This document shows positions 40,802 through 55,500 of a stretch of 64,000 nt of DNA, piece by piece. Source of the DNA: Octopus vulgaris. Its lineage: Eukaryota. The notes beneath the pieces were generated by a model, which had not been told where the DNA came from, did not search any database, and was given only the letters and a program-made list of their open reading frames with translations. Within the stretch, counting starts at the first letter, position 1, and each line of letters begins with the position of its first letter. The stretch lies in assembly GCA_951406725.2 (NCBI GenBank), contig OX597814.1:63054001-63118000 (forward strand), read 5' to 3'. A program made the position numbers and the translations under genes.

Positions 40802-41540
40802 GGTTAAGGGATTTAAACCACAATCTTACAGTCGCAAATCCAACACCTTAACCACTAAGCGACGCGCTTCCATTAACAGTATTAATTTCTACAGCAAAAT
40901 GGACTGAAACAACGTGAAGTATTTTGCTCAAGAATACAACGCATCGCCTGGTCCAGAAATGGAAACCATAACCTTACGATCGTGAGACCAACACTCTAAT
41001 CACTAAGCCACGCGCTACCACACAGTTAGGTTAGACATGTAGTACTACCTACACCTGTAACAAAATGTGATGATATCTCATAGGATTATGCCCAAAACCT
41101 CAAATATTTAGTATTGTGTTGCTATAAGTCAATGTTCTTTTCTTTCATATAACCTTATGGCCATAATTATATAGGTTATAACGATAGTAGTAAACTAAAA
41201 CGGTTAAAGTTAGAACGGAGCTCAGACTTTAACCGCAGTATTTCGCAAGGTTTTTTTCGACTCCGAAATATAGACTTTTAACATGCTAACAATTTATCAG
41301 TCTCTAAAACAAATCTGCATCTTATTGATAATAAAAAGAATTGTAAATTATTTGTCCACAAATAAGAAAAAAAAAACGGAAATAAAAAACGAAAAGACCT
41401 ATTAAAAACTCCTCTTCGTCGTCGTTTTCCTTCTCATCCCCTTCGTCCTCCTCTTCCTCGTCCACCTTCTCCTACTCTCCCCTCCCCTACCCTCCCCAAT
41501 TTGCTATTTTGGTACGCACACACACACCCAAACACACACA

Positions 41541-41603
<63 letters not shown>

Positions 41604-41749
41604 CAAATTTATACAAAGAACAAAATACAATAGAGACAAGTAACGGAACAACAAACAAGGTGTATTAGTAAGACAGAAGACAGAAAAAAGCGAAGCTTTT
41701 GATGTTTCGAGCCTGCGCTCCTTTACATAAAGGAATGAGGAGAGAAAAC

Positions 41750-41900
<151 letters not shown>

Positions 41901-42059
41901 CGGTCACGCACAACGAATGCACACATATACACGCTCACGCAAATATATAGTATAGACAGTGTGTATACATATAATGATATATATATGTACTGGTTTTTAT
42001 TTCGCCCTGACCACTTGATAAAAATTATCCTTTATTATATTCTTTTATTCTTTTAATCT

Positions 42060-42286
42060 GTTATTCTTTTACTTGTTTCAGTAATTTGACTGAGGCCATG
42101 CTGTGGCACCGTCTTTAGTCGAGCAAATCGACCCCAGGTCTTATTCTTTGTAAGCGAAGTACTTATTCTATCGGTCACTTTAGCAGAACCACTAAGTTAC
42201 GAGGAACTAAGCACACCAGTATCGGTTCTCAAGCGATGGTGGAAGGACAAACACAGACACATAAACATACACACGCACGTACATAC

Positions 42287-42348
<62 letters not shown>

Positions 42349-42480
42349 GACGGGTCTCTTTCAGTTTCCATTTACCAAATCCACTCATAAGGCTTTCGTC
42401 CGCCCGAGGCTATAGTAGAACATACTTGCCCAAGGTGCCACGCAGTGGGACTGAGCCCGGAACCATGTGGTTTGTAAGCA
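42060..42480 (-). mobile_element. SINE family A, near complete, with internal (TA)n/(TG)n
   Basis: B-box-like GGTTCCGGGCTCAGTCC, ACCTTGGGCAAGT, internal microsatellite, 3' part ending GAAACAAGTAAAAGAAT. Confidence 0.9.
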
Positions 42481-42864
42481 ATATGAATAAAGATGTTTTT
42501 ACTCCAGATCAAAGTCGCATTCGCTGCGAAATTAGTTTGATAAATAGCACGTGGTTGAAATGAAAAGTGTCAATTCGACTTTATCTGTAGATACGTGCAA
42601 GTGTATATATATGGCTGTGCGACTTCAGGTCTCCTACAGGTATGTATAGACAATTTTATTCATATATTTTGGAATATTTGTGCTGACGATACAGTAAGTA
42701 TTTATTACTTTAAGCTTGAAATTGTTTCCGATATACAATTGACCAACTGTCTGATTTATTACTTTTCATTTGCCCGCTTACAACCTGCGCTATAGGACAT
42801 TTAAGTGGGTTTTTTTGGCGCCGTTTGGCGTCTCTTTGCAGCGCCTGGACGCTTGTTTGATCCC

Positions 42865-42867
<3 letters not shown>

Positions 42868-42902
<35 letters not shown>

Positions 42903-42953
42903 TACATATATATTTATATATATATATATATATGTATGTATATATATATATAC

Positions 42954-43005
<52 letters not shown>

Positions 43006-43110
43006 GTGTGTGCATATACGGAATATATACACACACACATATGTATGCATATGTGTATATATATATATATATATGTGCATATACGCATTATATACACACA
43101 CACATATGTA

Positions 43111-43155
<45 letters not shown>

Positions 43156-43160
43156 GTATA

Positions 43161-43220
<60 letters not shown>

Positions 43221-43222
43221 TA
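42868..43222. repeat. Degenerate (TA)n/(TACA)n tract
   Basis: Seen directly. Confidence 0.95.
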
Positions 43223-45071
43223 TAATGTACGTTTAACGCAATAAGCCCTACAGCTAAATCCCATTTCTGTCATGAAATGCAATATTATTCAATCGACTCT
43301 AAGATGTGTCCATTTTGACATTTATGAGATAAAGGCAACATATTGATTTTTAACTGTGTATAACTGCCCGATGACGTTTGGTATTTAGAAGTTATGTTCG
43401 TAGTTGACAGCACATCGTCATGTTAACATTTTCTATAGCAGTTTCCGTATCCACCAATCATTTTAATTTTTTTAAAACTCTTTCGTAATTAATTTATATA
43501 TGCTTCTTTTGTAATTTATATTTAGTAATCTCTCACGAGGATATTTACTTATAGAGCAACTCACCATTATGCGGGTCATTAAAATATAATTTCGAGGAGC
43601 TACGACTTGATTTGTCACAGTAGTGTATCTGAACTCTGAGAGGTGAATTCCAAAATGACCAACTTTGTCTGTTGTTACCCTTTGCTGCTTAGTTATTCAT
43701 TCATACAGCTGCAAATATACTTACGAGTCAACGATGATGTCTCTAAGTTGTTAATTGGCCTGTTTGAAATAGCAGTCAAATTTCCCTTAAATCAACCCCA
43801 AAACCCTATAAGTTTCGGAAAGGAAGGGGCACATTAGATTATGTGTTTGTCCTAAATATCTTTAGATCGTAGATCTGCTCAATGAATGCCGATCCGGATC
43901 TAAACAATTATCATATAACAGTTTAGGCAGCATCGCCATAACGACCACAATTACGACAAACACGGACAACCTTACAGAACGTATTTAATAACTTTCAGTT
44001 CAAATTCAGTTCGTAAATAGGATGGAAAGACACACATCTAACTAGCTAACATACCCAAATGATCTAGTAGCTAAGTTTTATAGTAAGGTAAATTGAAAGA
44101 ATTAGAATATAAATTTCAGAAGTACAACGAAACGCGAAGCAAATTTATATGATAAATCTAGAAGTTGATAGCATAATATCCCATCCACATTGTTATTTCA
44201 ATATCCCACTGAATATATTATAGCCTTTGTTTTTCTTAATGCCATTAAGAGAGCAAATTATTTATTTAGAAGTCTAAAGTTTTAAGAAGAGTGGCGATAA
44301 TCATGCCATGAGAAGTAAATATGTTGAGAGAGAAAATAAAACTAATTTCACTTTGATGTGATACGCTTAAACAAAAACGATGTAACATACTGGATCTTAT
44401 TATATTTCACAGTTCAAAACAGCCTGTTTGAAACACTAATATTCTGAAGCCACCTACGTATGTGAAAAAGAGATACTTCAATGAATGTAAATTAAATTAA
44501 TTAACTGTATCATCGACTAACCAAAAGAAACTAAAGATAGAATAATGTAAAAAAAAGGAAAAAAATTTAGCACAAGCATGATTGTGTAGCTAAAAAACTT
44601 CCTTCGCAACAATGTGGTTACAGGTTCGATGATAAGGCGCCGCACCTTGTCAAGTGACTTTTTCTACCGTAGAGAACAATGACTTCCTGTTAACAGGAAC
44701 TAGGCAGAAAAACATGAATACGTATTTATATGTATGGGTATGCGTGTGCGTGTATGTATGTATGTATATATGTAGGGATGTATGAAGTTAGGCACTGGTA
44801 TGGCTGTGATATTAAGAAGTACGTTTCGGAACTATTAAATTTCTCGTGAGGGAATTTGATAAACAAAAAGTGCATGAAAGCCTGTTGTATGTGTGCGTGT
44901 GTGTGTGTATGTGTGGTGTGTGTGCGTGTGTCTTCGTGCTTTGCGCATATCCTACCGCTTGATAACGGTGTCTTATTTGTTTACCTGCATATAGCAGCAA
45001 TTCATGAAAAACAATATAAAGGCTGATATATATATATATATATACACACAAATCTATGTATGTATAGAAAA

Positions 45072-45072
<1 letters not shown>

Positions 45073-45137
<65 letters not shown>

Positions 45138-45154
45138 CCTACCTACCTACCTAC

Positions 45155-45186
<32 letters not shown>

Positions 45187-45187
45187 G

Positions 45188-45226
<39 letters not shown>

Positions 45227-45245
45227 TTATCTACCTATCTATCTA
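45073..45245. repeat. (TATC)n/(TACC)n microsatellite
   Basis: Seen directly. Confidence 0.97.
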
Positions 45246-45988
45246 GCTTTACAGGTAGGCAGGCTGGATAGAGAGATCTCAAACTGAATTTTGGAAGTGC
45301 ATGCGCGCATTTGTTAGAGCCTGTATGTGTGCGTGTCTATCCGAGAGAGTGTTCGCGCGCAAGCGTCTGTGTGTGTGGGGGTTTGTGTGAGCGTGTATCT
45401 TTTGTTGAATTATATTAGTGAAAATGCAAGCATCGGATAGAAACCTTACTAAATTTTTCAATTGTCTTCTTTCAAATTCTAAATTGTGTTAATTTTTGCT
45501 GAAGCTCAACTTCACAAAGGCTAATACGGTTTGGACGTAACTCACATATAATAAAGTTAATAAAATTTAGGTAGGCTTTAATGCAATTATATGGTTAAAA
45601 ATATCTCGATTTCTTCAGTAATTGTGTAAAGAGATGCAATGAGATAAAGAAATAAAAACAGAAAAGAAAGGAGAAATCGTATTACGACCATATCTTATTA
45701 AGTAAGAAGTAATTGCTGATTTCTGTTGATTAATGAGTCTTATTTTATCTCCACAAATTATTTCCTATTCTGTCTACCTATAACTTAGATATCTATCTGT
45801 GTTTAGAATTTATATACAAGTATTCAACTTTGCCACTCGCCTCTCTCTCTCATCCTCTCACTCATTCTTCATACAACGTTCAAACTGTATGTACGTTTAT
45901 TTGTATGCTACCTGTGTCTTTGTATGTGCGTATGTGCGTGTGTGTGTGCGCGCACACAAACACACACGCATACACACACTCATATGCA

Positions 45989-46675
<687 letters not shown>

Positions 46676-47336
46676 ATGTGCGTGTGCTCGCGTGTGTACA
46701 TATGAGCCAAACAAATAAGGTTATTGGACGGATTAAAATAATTCAGAAGTTTTCGTATTGGAGTAAACAACCAAACAAAAATCGGATTGCAATTTTTAAC
46801 CGTCCAGAAAGAAAATAGAAGATGATTGCTAGAAATTAATTATTAATTTTATAAAAAGAAAAATAACAATTCTTATGCTGTGCAATACTATTATTATTTC
46901 GTTTGCTAGAGTTCCCGCACTTGTTTAAATAGATAAGTATTACACAACTTTAGTATTAAAGAGCTCTAAAGCACAAAACTTATATTTAAGGGAAACACGA
47001 AATCTTTTTATATCAGAAGGTAACAAATATAGCTACAGCAACACTGTCTTCAAATCTAGACTGACGTTACTTAGACTTCGAAATATGGCTGTGGATGGTT
47101 AGATGGTACCTCAAATCTCTTTTTTATGTGATTCAGTCATTAGTTTCCTGCCATGCCGGAGTCCACCTTGAAGTATTTTTAGTCGAATGAATCAACCCCA
47201 GCACGTTTTTGTAAAACTCTGCTACTTATTCTATCGGCTACTTTTGCCGAAGCAGTAAGTTACGGGGACGTAAACACACCAATGCCAGTTGTAAAGCGGT
47301 GGAAGTGGGCAACGACAGATACACGCGCGCGCGCGG

Positions 47337-47439
<103 letters not shown>

Positions 47440-47546
47440 CACATGCATATATATAACAACATATGTAAACAAAATTTTTCTGTTTGTTTTTGTACGCGTC
47501 GAATGTGTATCCTATCATACAGAAGAGAAAGTAATATTTCGAAAGC

Positions 47547-47710
47547 AGTATAGCTGTGAAAACAGCAGAAAGATTGGGTATTTAACCCTTATATGACGGA
47601 AAAAAATTTGTCAGCAGAGAGCCACAGGACTCGAAACCGGCTGAGTACTCTACCAATGAAGTTAAACTGTCCGCTAACAACAATCGTTTTGCTGTTTTCA
47701 TGGCTATACT
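47547..47710. mobile_element. Small inverted-repeat element enclosing a tRNA-like A/B-box sequence
   Basis: IR AGTATAGCTGTGAAAACAGCAGAAAGATTG (47547-47576) versus the reverse complement of 47681-47710, 26/30 match. Inside, on the minus strand: TAACTTCATTGGTAGAGTA..GGTTTCGAGTCC. Confidence 0.7.
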
Positions 47711-49262
47711 TTCCAATATGATAGTAGATATAAGAGATTAAGAAAGGGATGTTTAACACCAGACCCAGTAATCATTTAATCATTTAAATGCACTTACTGA
47801 TGTTAGATCTGGACACCTGGTTTGCCTAGTTACTACATGTGATACATGATGAGTTTGTCATATGCTTGATATCCTCATCAAGCTAGATTTCATTTTTCTC
47901 ACACTGTTCGTCTCTAACATATGTCTAAAATATAGAAACAAACAAATAGGTTATTCCAAACAGAATTCGATGGAACAGGTGAAGGTCCCAGCGGCAATAA
48001 CTGGACAAAGAAAAGCTTGTTGAGTGACCAGAACTTCAACTACCACCAGGAATGAGACATCTAACGTTACAGGCTCTTGTATTTCATCGGAGAGTAGAGA
48101 CAAAGCGATTATTGGTTTATAAAATACTAAATTAAACAAACAGGGCAACAATACTTTCGTCTGTCTTTTGTTTCCTTTGAAGAGAAAGAAACTGAAACGT
48201 TTGATGAAAAGAAAGAATGATGAAGATAGGACAGAGATAAAGAGAGAGAGAGAGCAAGCAAAAAAGAGATGGTAAAAATTATCATATTCGATGTAGGAGA
48301 AAGACAAAGAGTGCGTAGGTGAGAATATGACAGATATTGTGAGAGGTGAAAAGAGGGGTAGATTAACACAGATGAAGAGGAAAATCTAACAAAATTGGAA
48401 GATACATGCATATACGCAGACGCACACAAACACAGACACACGCGCACACGCATGCACACGCGCGTGCGCGCACACACATATATATATACAAACACATACA
48501 TATATTTATTTATGTACATAAATATATGCATATATATATATGCATACATAAATATAATATATATATATATATATATATGTATGTATATATGTATATATAT
48601 ATATATGTATATATGCGTGTGGTATGTGTGTGTAAAGAGAGAGAAAGCGAGGGAGAGAGAAAAGCAAAGAGAGAGCGTGTGTGGTTGGTAATTTCCGTTT
48701 CGTTGGTGGGCTTGTTTGATTTCATGTTTCACAAAAAAGAATCTTCAGCAAAGTACAAACTGCTGTACGTTTACAGTCGCTACGCCATCAAACAATAAAG
48801 TGTTTATGTTGGATTATTCAACAAAAAATGTCTGTATTTAGGTAAGATAATCTTCTCTATTATTCTATTCTCTGTTCCTTCTGGTTTCAAAATCTTTGTT
48901 AGATATTGCCTCGCTTAAACTACATCGCTGCAAATAGTGATTTACATAAATACTGATTTACATAAATATTGATTTACATAACACATTTCAGTGTCTTTAT
49001 TTTTTTAACGGTATAAATATCTTTACCAACAAATTCAACTAAAAGAGTTAAACTCCAAAGGTCAAGGAAACTGATGGTAGACTGCAAAGGCAAAAAGAAA
49101 AAGAAAGTTGAAGATAGATTTCTTTTTCTCTCGGGATGACCCTGAAATGTTACTTTCACTTTTTAGGATGCTATACAAAATTATCGAAAATTATGAGCTT
49201 AGCTAAAGCGAGTCAATTCAGGAGCCGCTATATACTTATTGTGCTTGCAAGAAGAATTTGTA

Positions 49263-49900
49263 CGAGGGCTGGCTGAAACCATATTAGGCTGACCAAGATA
49301 CTCTCATGGAATGTGACCAAATGAAGTCTTTCAACATAATCCCCCTTGCAGTCCATGCACTTCTACCATAGTTGTTGCAGTGCTTGGATTACATTAGTGA
49401 AAAGCTTTCATCCTGTTTGTCGAAAAAAGTCATGAACAGCAGATATCACTGCGATAATTCTTCTCAGCCAAGTGTGTTTTTTTTCCTGTTGTGAACCAAA
49501 TTCTCAGATGAGACCAAATCAGGAAAATAGGGAAGGTGATCAACCAGTTCAAAGCCATAATCACGCACAGCAGCCATTCAAATGCATTGTCCAGATGAAA
49601 CAAGACTAAACGCTCAGTTTCCCTGAGCGTTTGGTCTTGATAACCTTTCGTAAGTGTATCAGCAAGCTAGTATATTACTTTCCATTTGATGGTGTAGCCA
49701 TTTCGAAAATAGTCAATAAACGCAATACCTTTTGTATCGCAAGAGACTGAGGCTTGAACAGGTGCATGGTGTTCACACATCAGGTGTCGAAGTGATAACA
49801 GAGATGAAATATTTAGGTCAATAACACAACGCATCACCTGGTCAAGGAACAGAAACCACGAACGTGAAAGCAACACTCTAACTGGTAGGCATTGAATCTC
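49263..49900 (-). mobile_element. Mariner-family transposon relic
   Basis: TA|CGAGGG end; peptides W*KCMDCKGDYVE and VSCDTKGIAFIDYFRNGYTI. Confidence 0.8.
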
Positions 49901-50826
49901 ACGCTTACTGTAAAATAATAAACGTTTAGAAGTATGTTGGTGCTACACTACGCGAACTCCTCTTTCTATTAGCCAAATATAGCATTTCTTGTAATCAAAA
50001 TTTAATTTTTCAGATCATTGCATTATATTCGAGGCTCAATAGTTTATATATAAATTTGAGAAATTTTCTACACATTTGTAGATGACTGAAAATATTAAAT
50101 ATTTTTTTTAGATATTTTCCTTATTTAGCGAAAGCGAGACAAAATATGAAAATACATAATAGAATGTTTCACAGACAGTTCCAAAGAACGTGCTTAATGG
50201 AGTCAAACGCTATGGCATTGAGCAATATACCAGATTACTTTTCATGATTCTCAAACATCCTAGACATGCAAGCGATTAATTCCAGTTTCTGTAGTATCAT
50301 ACGTAAAATTAAAAGTGATTTTTTTTTGTCTTTATAAATATTTTCTTATATGGAACCAATAATGAAATACTCAACATACAAGGTAACTATCACTATTGGA
50401 ATGCTTAAGGTCAACAGTAAAATATAAAGTAGTTAATTTTAAATTAGACCGTTACTGCATCAAGTCAAAAATGTATCTCAATTAATAATAAAGGTCAGCT
50501 TTCATCTACAACTCAGTAATATTTTGATATTGGCAAGTAATTGCTTGACATTTTGCTCGAGATAACGTCAACAAAAATGAAAGAGTTCTCATTGATATTT
50601 CATTGGAAGTTTTTTTCTGCTTCATATGACATTTTTCTAGAGATCACTACGTATCAACCCAGAGAGTATACATCAAAACAGGGCAAGGGTACATTTTACT
50701 CTTCAAAAGACCCGTTGTCAAATACTGGATCAATCATCATCCGTAACATTTACATCATTATCAAAATATGTATCTATATGTAGGTGTATGTAAATGTATA
50801 TGTGTGTGTATATATCTATATCTATC

Positions 50827-50857
<31 letters not shown>

Positions 50858-51307
50858 CTATGTGTGTGTGTGTCTAAACGCGAGTGTGTGTTTGTGTCTG
50901 GGTCTATGTATGTATCTATATGCATCTATATGTATGTGTGTGTATATGTATATATGTGTATGTCTATGCATGTATGTATTTATGTATGTATGTATGTATG
51001 TATGTATGTATGTATGTATGTATGTATGTATGTATGTATATATATATATATATATAAAGGGACACAAACACAGATATATATATATATATATACAAAAAGC
51101 AATAAAGATTCAAGTTAATTTAAATGAATTTACTTAAATATGGTACCTAACTTAGATGCACCAAAAAAAAACTATACTGATTTAACAATACAGTAATGTG
51201 GGGTGATTATAAGCGAGAATGAAGCAACAAAAACCTATCCATTCTTGTACTAAAAACCTATCCATTCTTGTTGCTTCATTCTCGCGTATATATATATATA
51301 TATATAT

Positions 51308-51450
<143 letters not shown>

Positions 51451-51732
51451 TCTGTGTTTGTGTCCCTTTGCCTGTCCGTCTGTATGTATAGGCACGATCA
51501 TAAAACTACATGTTTAAGTATTAATCTTTCTTTCTCCTATTTTTTCCCTCTAAGCAGTTGTTACAGGGAAAGCTGATTAGGTCATTTCATCTAAACTGGG
51601 ACGTAAGATTTCTACGTTCATATTTGAACATTTTGCGTTTCTATATTATTTGCTTTTATTCATTCCCTAACTCGATGGGCATATAACAGCAAACCAGCCG
51701 ACACTAAAAGTCTTTAGTGAGACATCTCTTTA

Positions 51733-51790
51733 TTAATGTACCTGAGGAGACCCAGAATGATGGGTCGAAACATAGGTTGTACTAAATTAA
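51733..51790 (+). ncRNA. Type I hammerhead ribozyme motif
   Basis: ttaatgtac CTGAGGA (51742-51748) GACCCA-gaatga-TGGGTC GAAA (51767-51770) CA-taggt-TG TA ctaaattaa. Perfect core and 6-bp stem II; imperfect stem I. Confidence 0.8.
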
Positions 51791-52153
51791 AGTCTAATAC
51801 GAATTCCATCTCTTACTATTAGTTATTACTATTACCCTAACTGTCACTGCGGAGTTCCTGAAGTAGATCCAACGGAAGCGTACCATAACTGCGGATGACA
51901 GCAGGTGGCCTAAACTGTGCCGGTGCTCTACTCAACATTTAAAGACACTAACCGACTTATGCTTATTTGCCCCAATTATATATATACACATACATTATAT
52001 ACGCACATACATATATTCACATATAGACACATACACACGCACACACACACACACACATATATATATATACGTAGAAACACATGAACACATCCATCCACCC
52101 ACGCACACGCTCATATATATATATATGTATATATGTATATATATATGTATATA

Positions 52154-52211
<58 letters not shown>

Positions 52212-52799
52212 GAGAGAGAGAGAGAGAGAGAGAAGGAGCGGAAGAGAGAGAGAAGAGAGAAAGAGAGATAGATGATCAAAGAGACAGACAGAAAAAGGAA
52301 GATTACGAGAGAGAGAGAGGGGAGAGAGAAAGGGAGAGAGGGATACATAAATATGGAGAAAAGCACAGTGCAGAAGAAAAACAAAAGGTTTGCCCTGTTG
52401 CCAATACATAATCTAATTTAAAACCTCCATCTTCTGTTTTCAAATCTCACCGGAAGAGGGTGTAACTTTCCTTGATTTGACAAATAACTTATGGAATTTG
52501 ATAACTAAGAAACATTCATGTATTGCAGTAAATACAATTAACTGGAGCTGATGAAATAATTATTATGTGAAAATGAGGGTGAAATGAGTGTGATGTGCTA
52601 ACCTGAGAAATTATTTATAGTATTATTGGTGTTATATGCGAAAAACTGTGTATAATATACATATTAAAAAATAAGCCACCTGTCGAAGGTCGGAGATAAA
52701 TCCCTACGAAATGTAGTGTAGATTTAAAAATAACATATTTCAGGACGCGGGATGTCACCAGAAACTTTATTGCCTTATATATGTAACTGCGTGTGTGCG

Positions 52800-52873
<74 letters not shown>

Positions 52874-52959
52874 TGTGCGTGCATGCACGCTTCTGCGCAT
52901 ACTTAGGCTCCACCCTCCCTGTAATTCACCTCCTGCTTTTGGATATCTGCACTAACGTG

Positions 52960-54500
52960 GTCCATTTATTCTAGCTAAAAGTCATCTCTCATCCTTCCCT
53001 CTCAAATATATCTCCCTCTGTTGTTCGCCGAACACTTCAAACCACCACCAACACCTTGAACATATATACTCTGGCATATATCTCACCTCTGATCACTCCC
53101 AACGCATCGACCCCGGTATGTTCCTCGCTCACAATTCCCCAGTACTCTTATACTTCTCTCATCTTTCATCCCTACTCTCATTCCAGACCGACACAGACAC
53201 TTCAGAATTTTTCTGTCTCTCACTTCAGTACTTAACATATACCACACCGTAACTTCTGCTTCATTTATAGAACCGTCCGCCAAAATACCCAACACGCAAT
53301 CATACACTAAACTGTACCCCACAGAACCCTATGAGACCTCAACAATCCAATTGTCTGTATTCGCCCAGTTTTATACAAATTATCCCATTACTCATGTCTC
53401 TCCACGTTGATCATACAAAGAAGTTCTATGCTCTAATTGCCCCAAGTGACTCACAAACTGCAGTATTTTGATCATAAGAACAATACCCACAACACTGGGA
53501 GAATCTCACCCACTTTCCAAAACTACGATGTCCATCTAACAGCGCATGTCTTGTAAGGTCATTATCCAATCTGTAAATGGTACCTTCTTGCATCGCACAG
53601 CCCTCATGATTTCAGCCTTCCAAACTGCATTAAAACTGCGGAAACCTCCTTTTCCATTTCACAATAACAAAAGATCAATAAGCACTATCTACACGAAGAA
53701 ATATCCAAACTATGCTGCTGCTTTGTATTCTAATCCACAATTACACCCATGGCCAATACTTTCCAAGCCATGATACTCTCCACTTCGCACAAATATACAT
53801 GACAAATGCGAAAGTACCTAGGTTAACTTCAAACCAACAAGGCCATCCGGTCTAACATGATCTTTTCAATTACACTCAAACATTGCTGTCCAGAACTTGT
53901 CCTACGTCACCAAACTCTTAAATCTTTCCATCTGCACGAGGACTATACTCTTCAGTGTTTCATTGTAAATAGAAGCAGTGTCTCATTCTAAATAAAAACA
54001 ACCACTCTGACCAAATCAACAATCATTCTATTGTGTTTACTTGTACCATTTCTCCGTGTTTGGCGACAATCATTAACAGTGATGCTCCGTTCGTCAACAT
54101 CTTAAACCTCCTCCATCAGTGATCGCGGTTTCTGCTGAGCTACTTCCACTGAGAGCCTACTCTCTCTTATCTGCAACAGCGAGCTCTTGCTTTACAGAAT
54201 TTCTGTGAAAGCAAAGCTTCAGAGGCATCTGACATGCAATCCTCCAATCAAATCATCCTCGTTAATGGCTCCATCCAACTCACATGAGACTTTCCTATCT
54301 GATGGCACCATGACGTATGTGTTGACGGAGCAGTGTCTATTGCATTCACAGTCAACCTTATTTCAGAGTATTCGAGTTTTTCACACATTCTCTTCATCCT
54401 GTCCATCAATATATACTTAATGCTATGTCAAGCAAAGTCAATTTTACATCCTGATGAAACAACGTGTCATTCCTTCCAAGCTTCCTCAAATCTGAATCAT
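52960..54500 (-). mobile_element. Highly decayed LINE (RTE-like)
   Basis: Remnants resembling the APE motif DFN..VG and the RT C-terminus (VYDCV..GS; RGTYRGR); weak. Confidence 0.4.
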
Positions 54501-54789
54501 CCATATGTAACCTGAACGCTACACACTGTCTTTTCAAATGATGGCCCTCATTATTGTCCAGGATATCTTCTAGCGAAAACACATATAACGTTGTATCTCA
54601 GAGACTGTTTCAGGGAATCGAAACCTCACAGAAATTTTATGAATCCAGGTCAACAGGTGAGCATGTCTTCTCTCCGCCATTTTGTTTTATAATGACCTTT
54701 GTTCCTCTGAGGTAGCTGGTTATGAATATATGTGCGTGTGTGTTAATATGTGTATGTGTGTGTATATGTGTGTGTGAGTGTGTGTGTAT

Positions 54790-54838
<49 letters not shown>

Positions 54839-54984
54839 GATTTCCATACCTAGATATCTAGATATTGATAAAAACGTATGCTATTAAAATGTTTTCACAA
54901 AGTAAATGAATCAAAGCTTTTACATCAGACTTATAAAGCTACAGTTGTGTGACAATAAATAAGTGCTCTGTATACACTGCAGTG

Positions 54985-55500
54985 TCAAATATAGATACCA
55001 GCGTTTGGGGTACTTGACCGGATTATAGGGAAAATTTCACCCATGCGCACTAAAACCTCAAATGTTTTGTGATCAACTGCAAACTTCAAAAGAAATAGTG
55101 ATGTTATTAGAGTTTTCCTTGGAGACAAAAAACAACTGTATCCGTGCGATCTTTGACTGCCGTACGGCATAATTCAGACAAATCCTGTTTATGCTCTTGC
55201 TTGGAAGAAAAAGCTGTTGTTATGACCTCGCGGACCCTACGAAACCAGTGATAGTGGTGCACTTAAAGTTTCTCGTCAACAGTTGTACTCGCCACACGGC
55301 AGCAGGGGAAACGTGTACAGGACGGGAAATCTGGAGGCACAGCATTTTACAAAGAAAAGCTTAATTAGGATGTTGTGGTTAGTGCGGGTTTCTGAGAGGA
55401 AGACGATATGGAGGTCGGGAGGACGAGATACAAATGAATAGGAAGTGCCTGAGTGAAGGTCCGATGAAACATCAAAATTCTTACATCTGTAAGAAAGATT
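54985..55500 (-). mobile_element. Decayed LINE AP-endonuclease fragment
   Basis: DLHS..PPDLHIVFLSET resembles the APE N-terminal motif. Confidence 0.4.

Noticed and set aside
47951-48130. Higher-complexity segment as a coding exon
   Set aside because: No recognisable motif in any frame and no clear splice sites.
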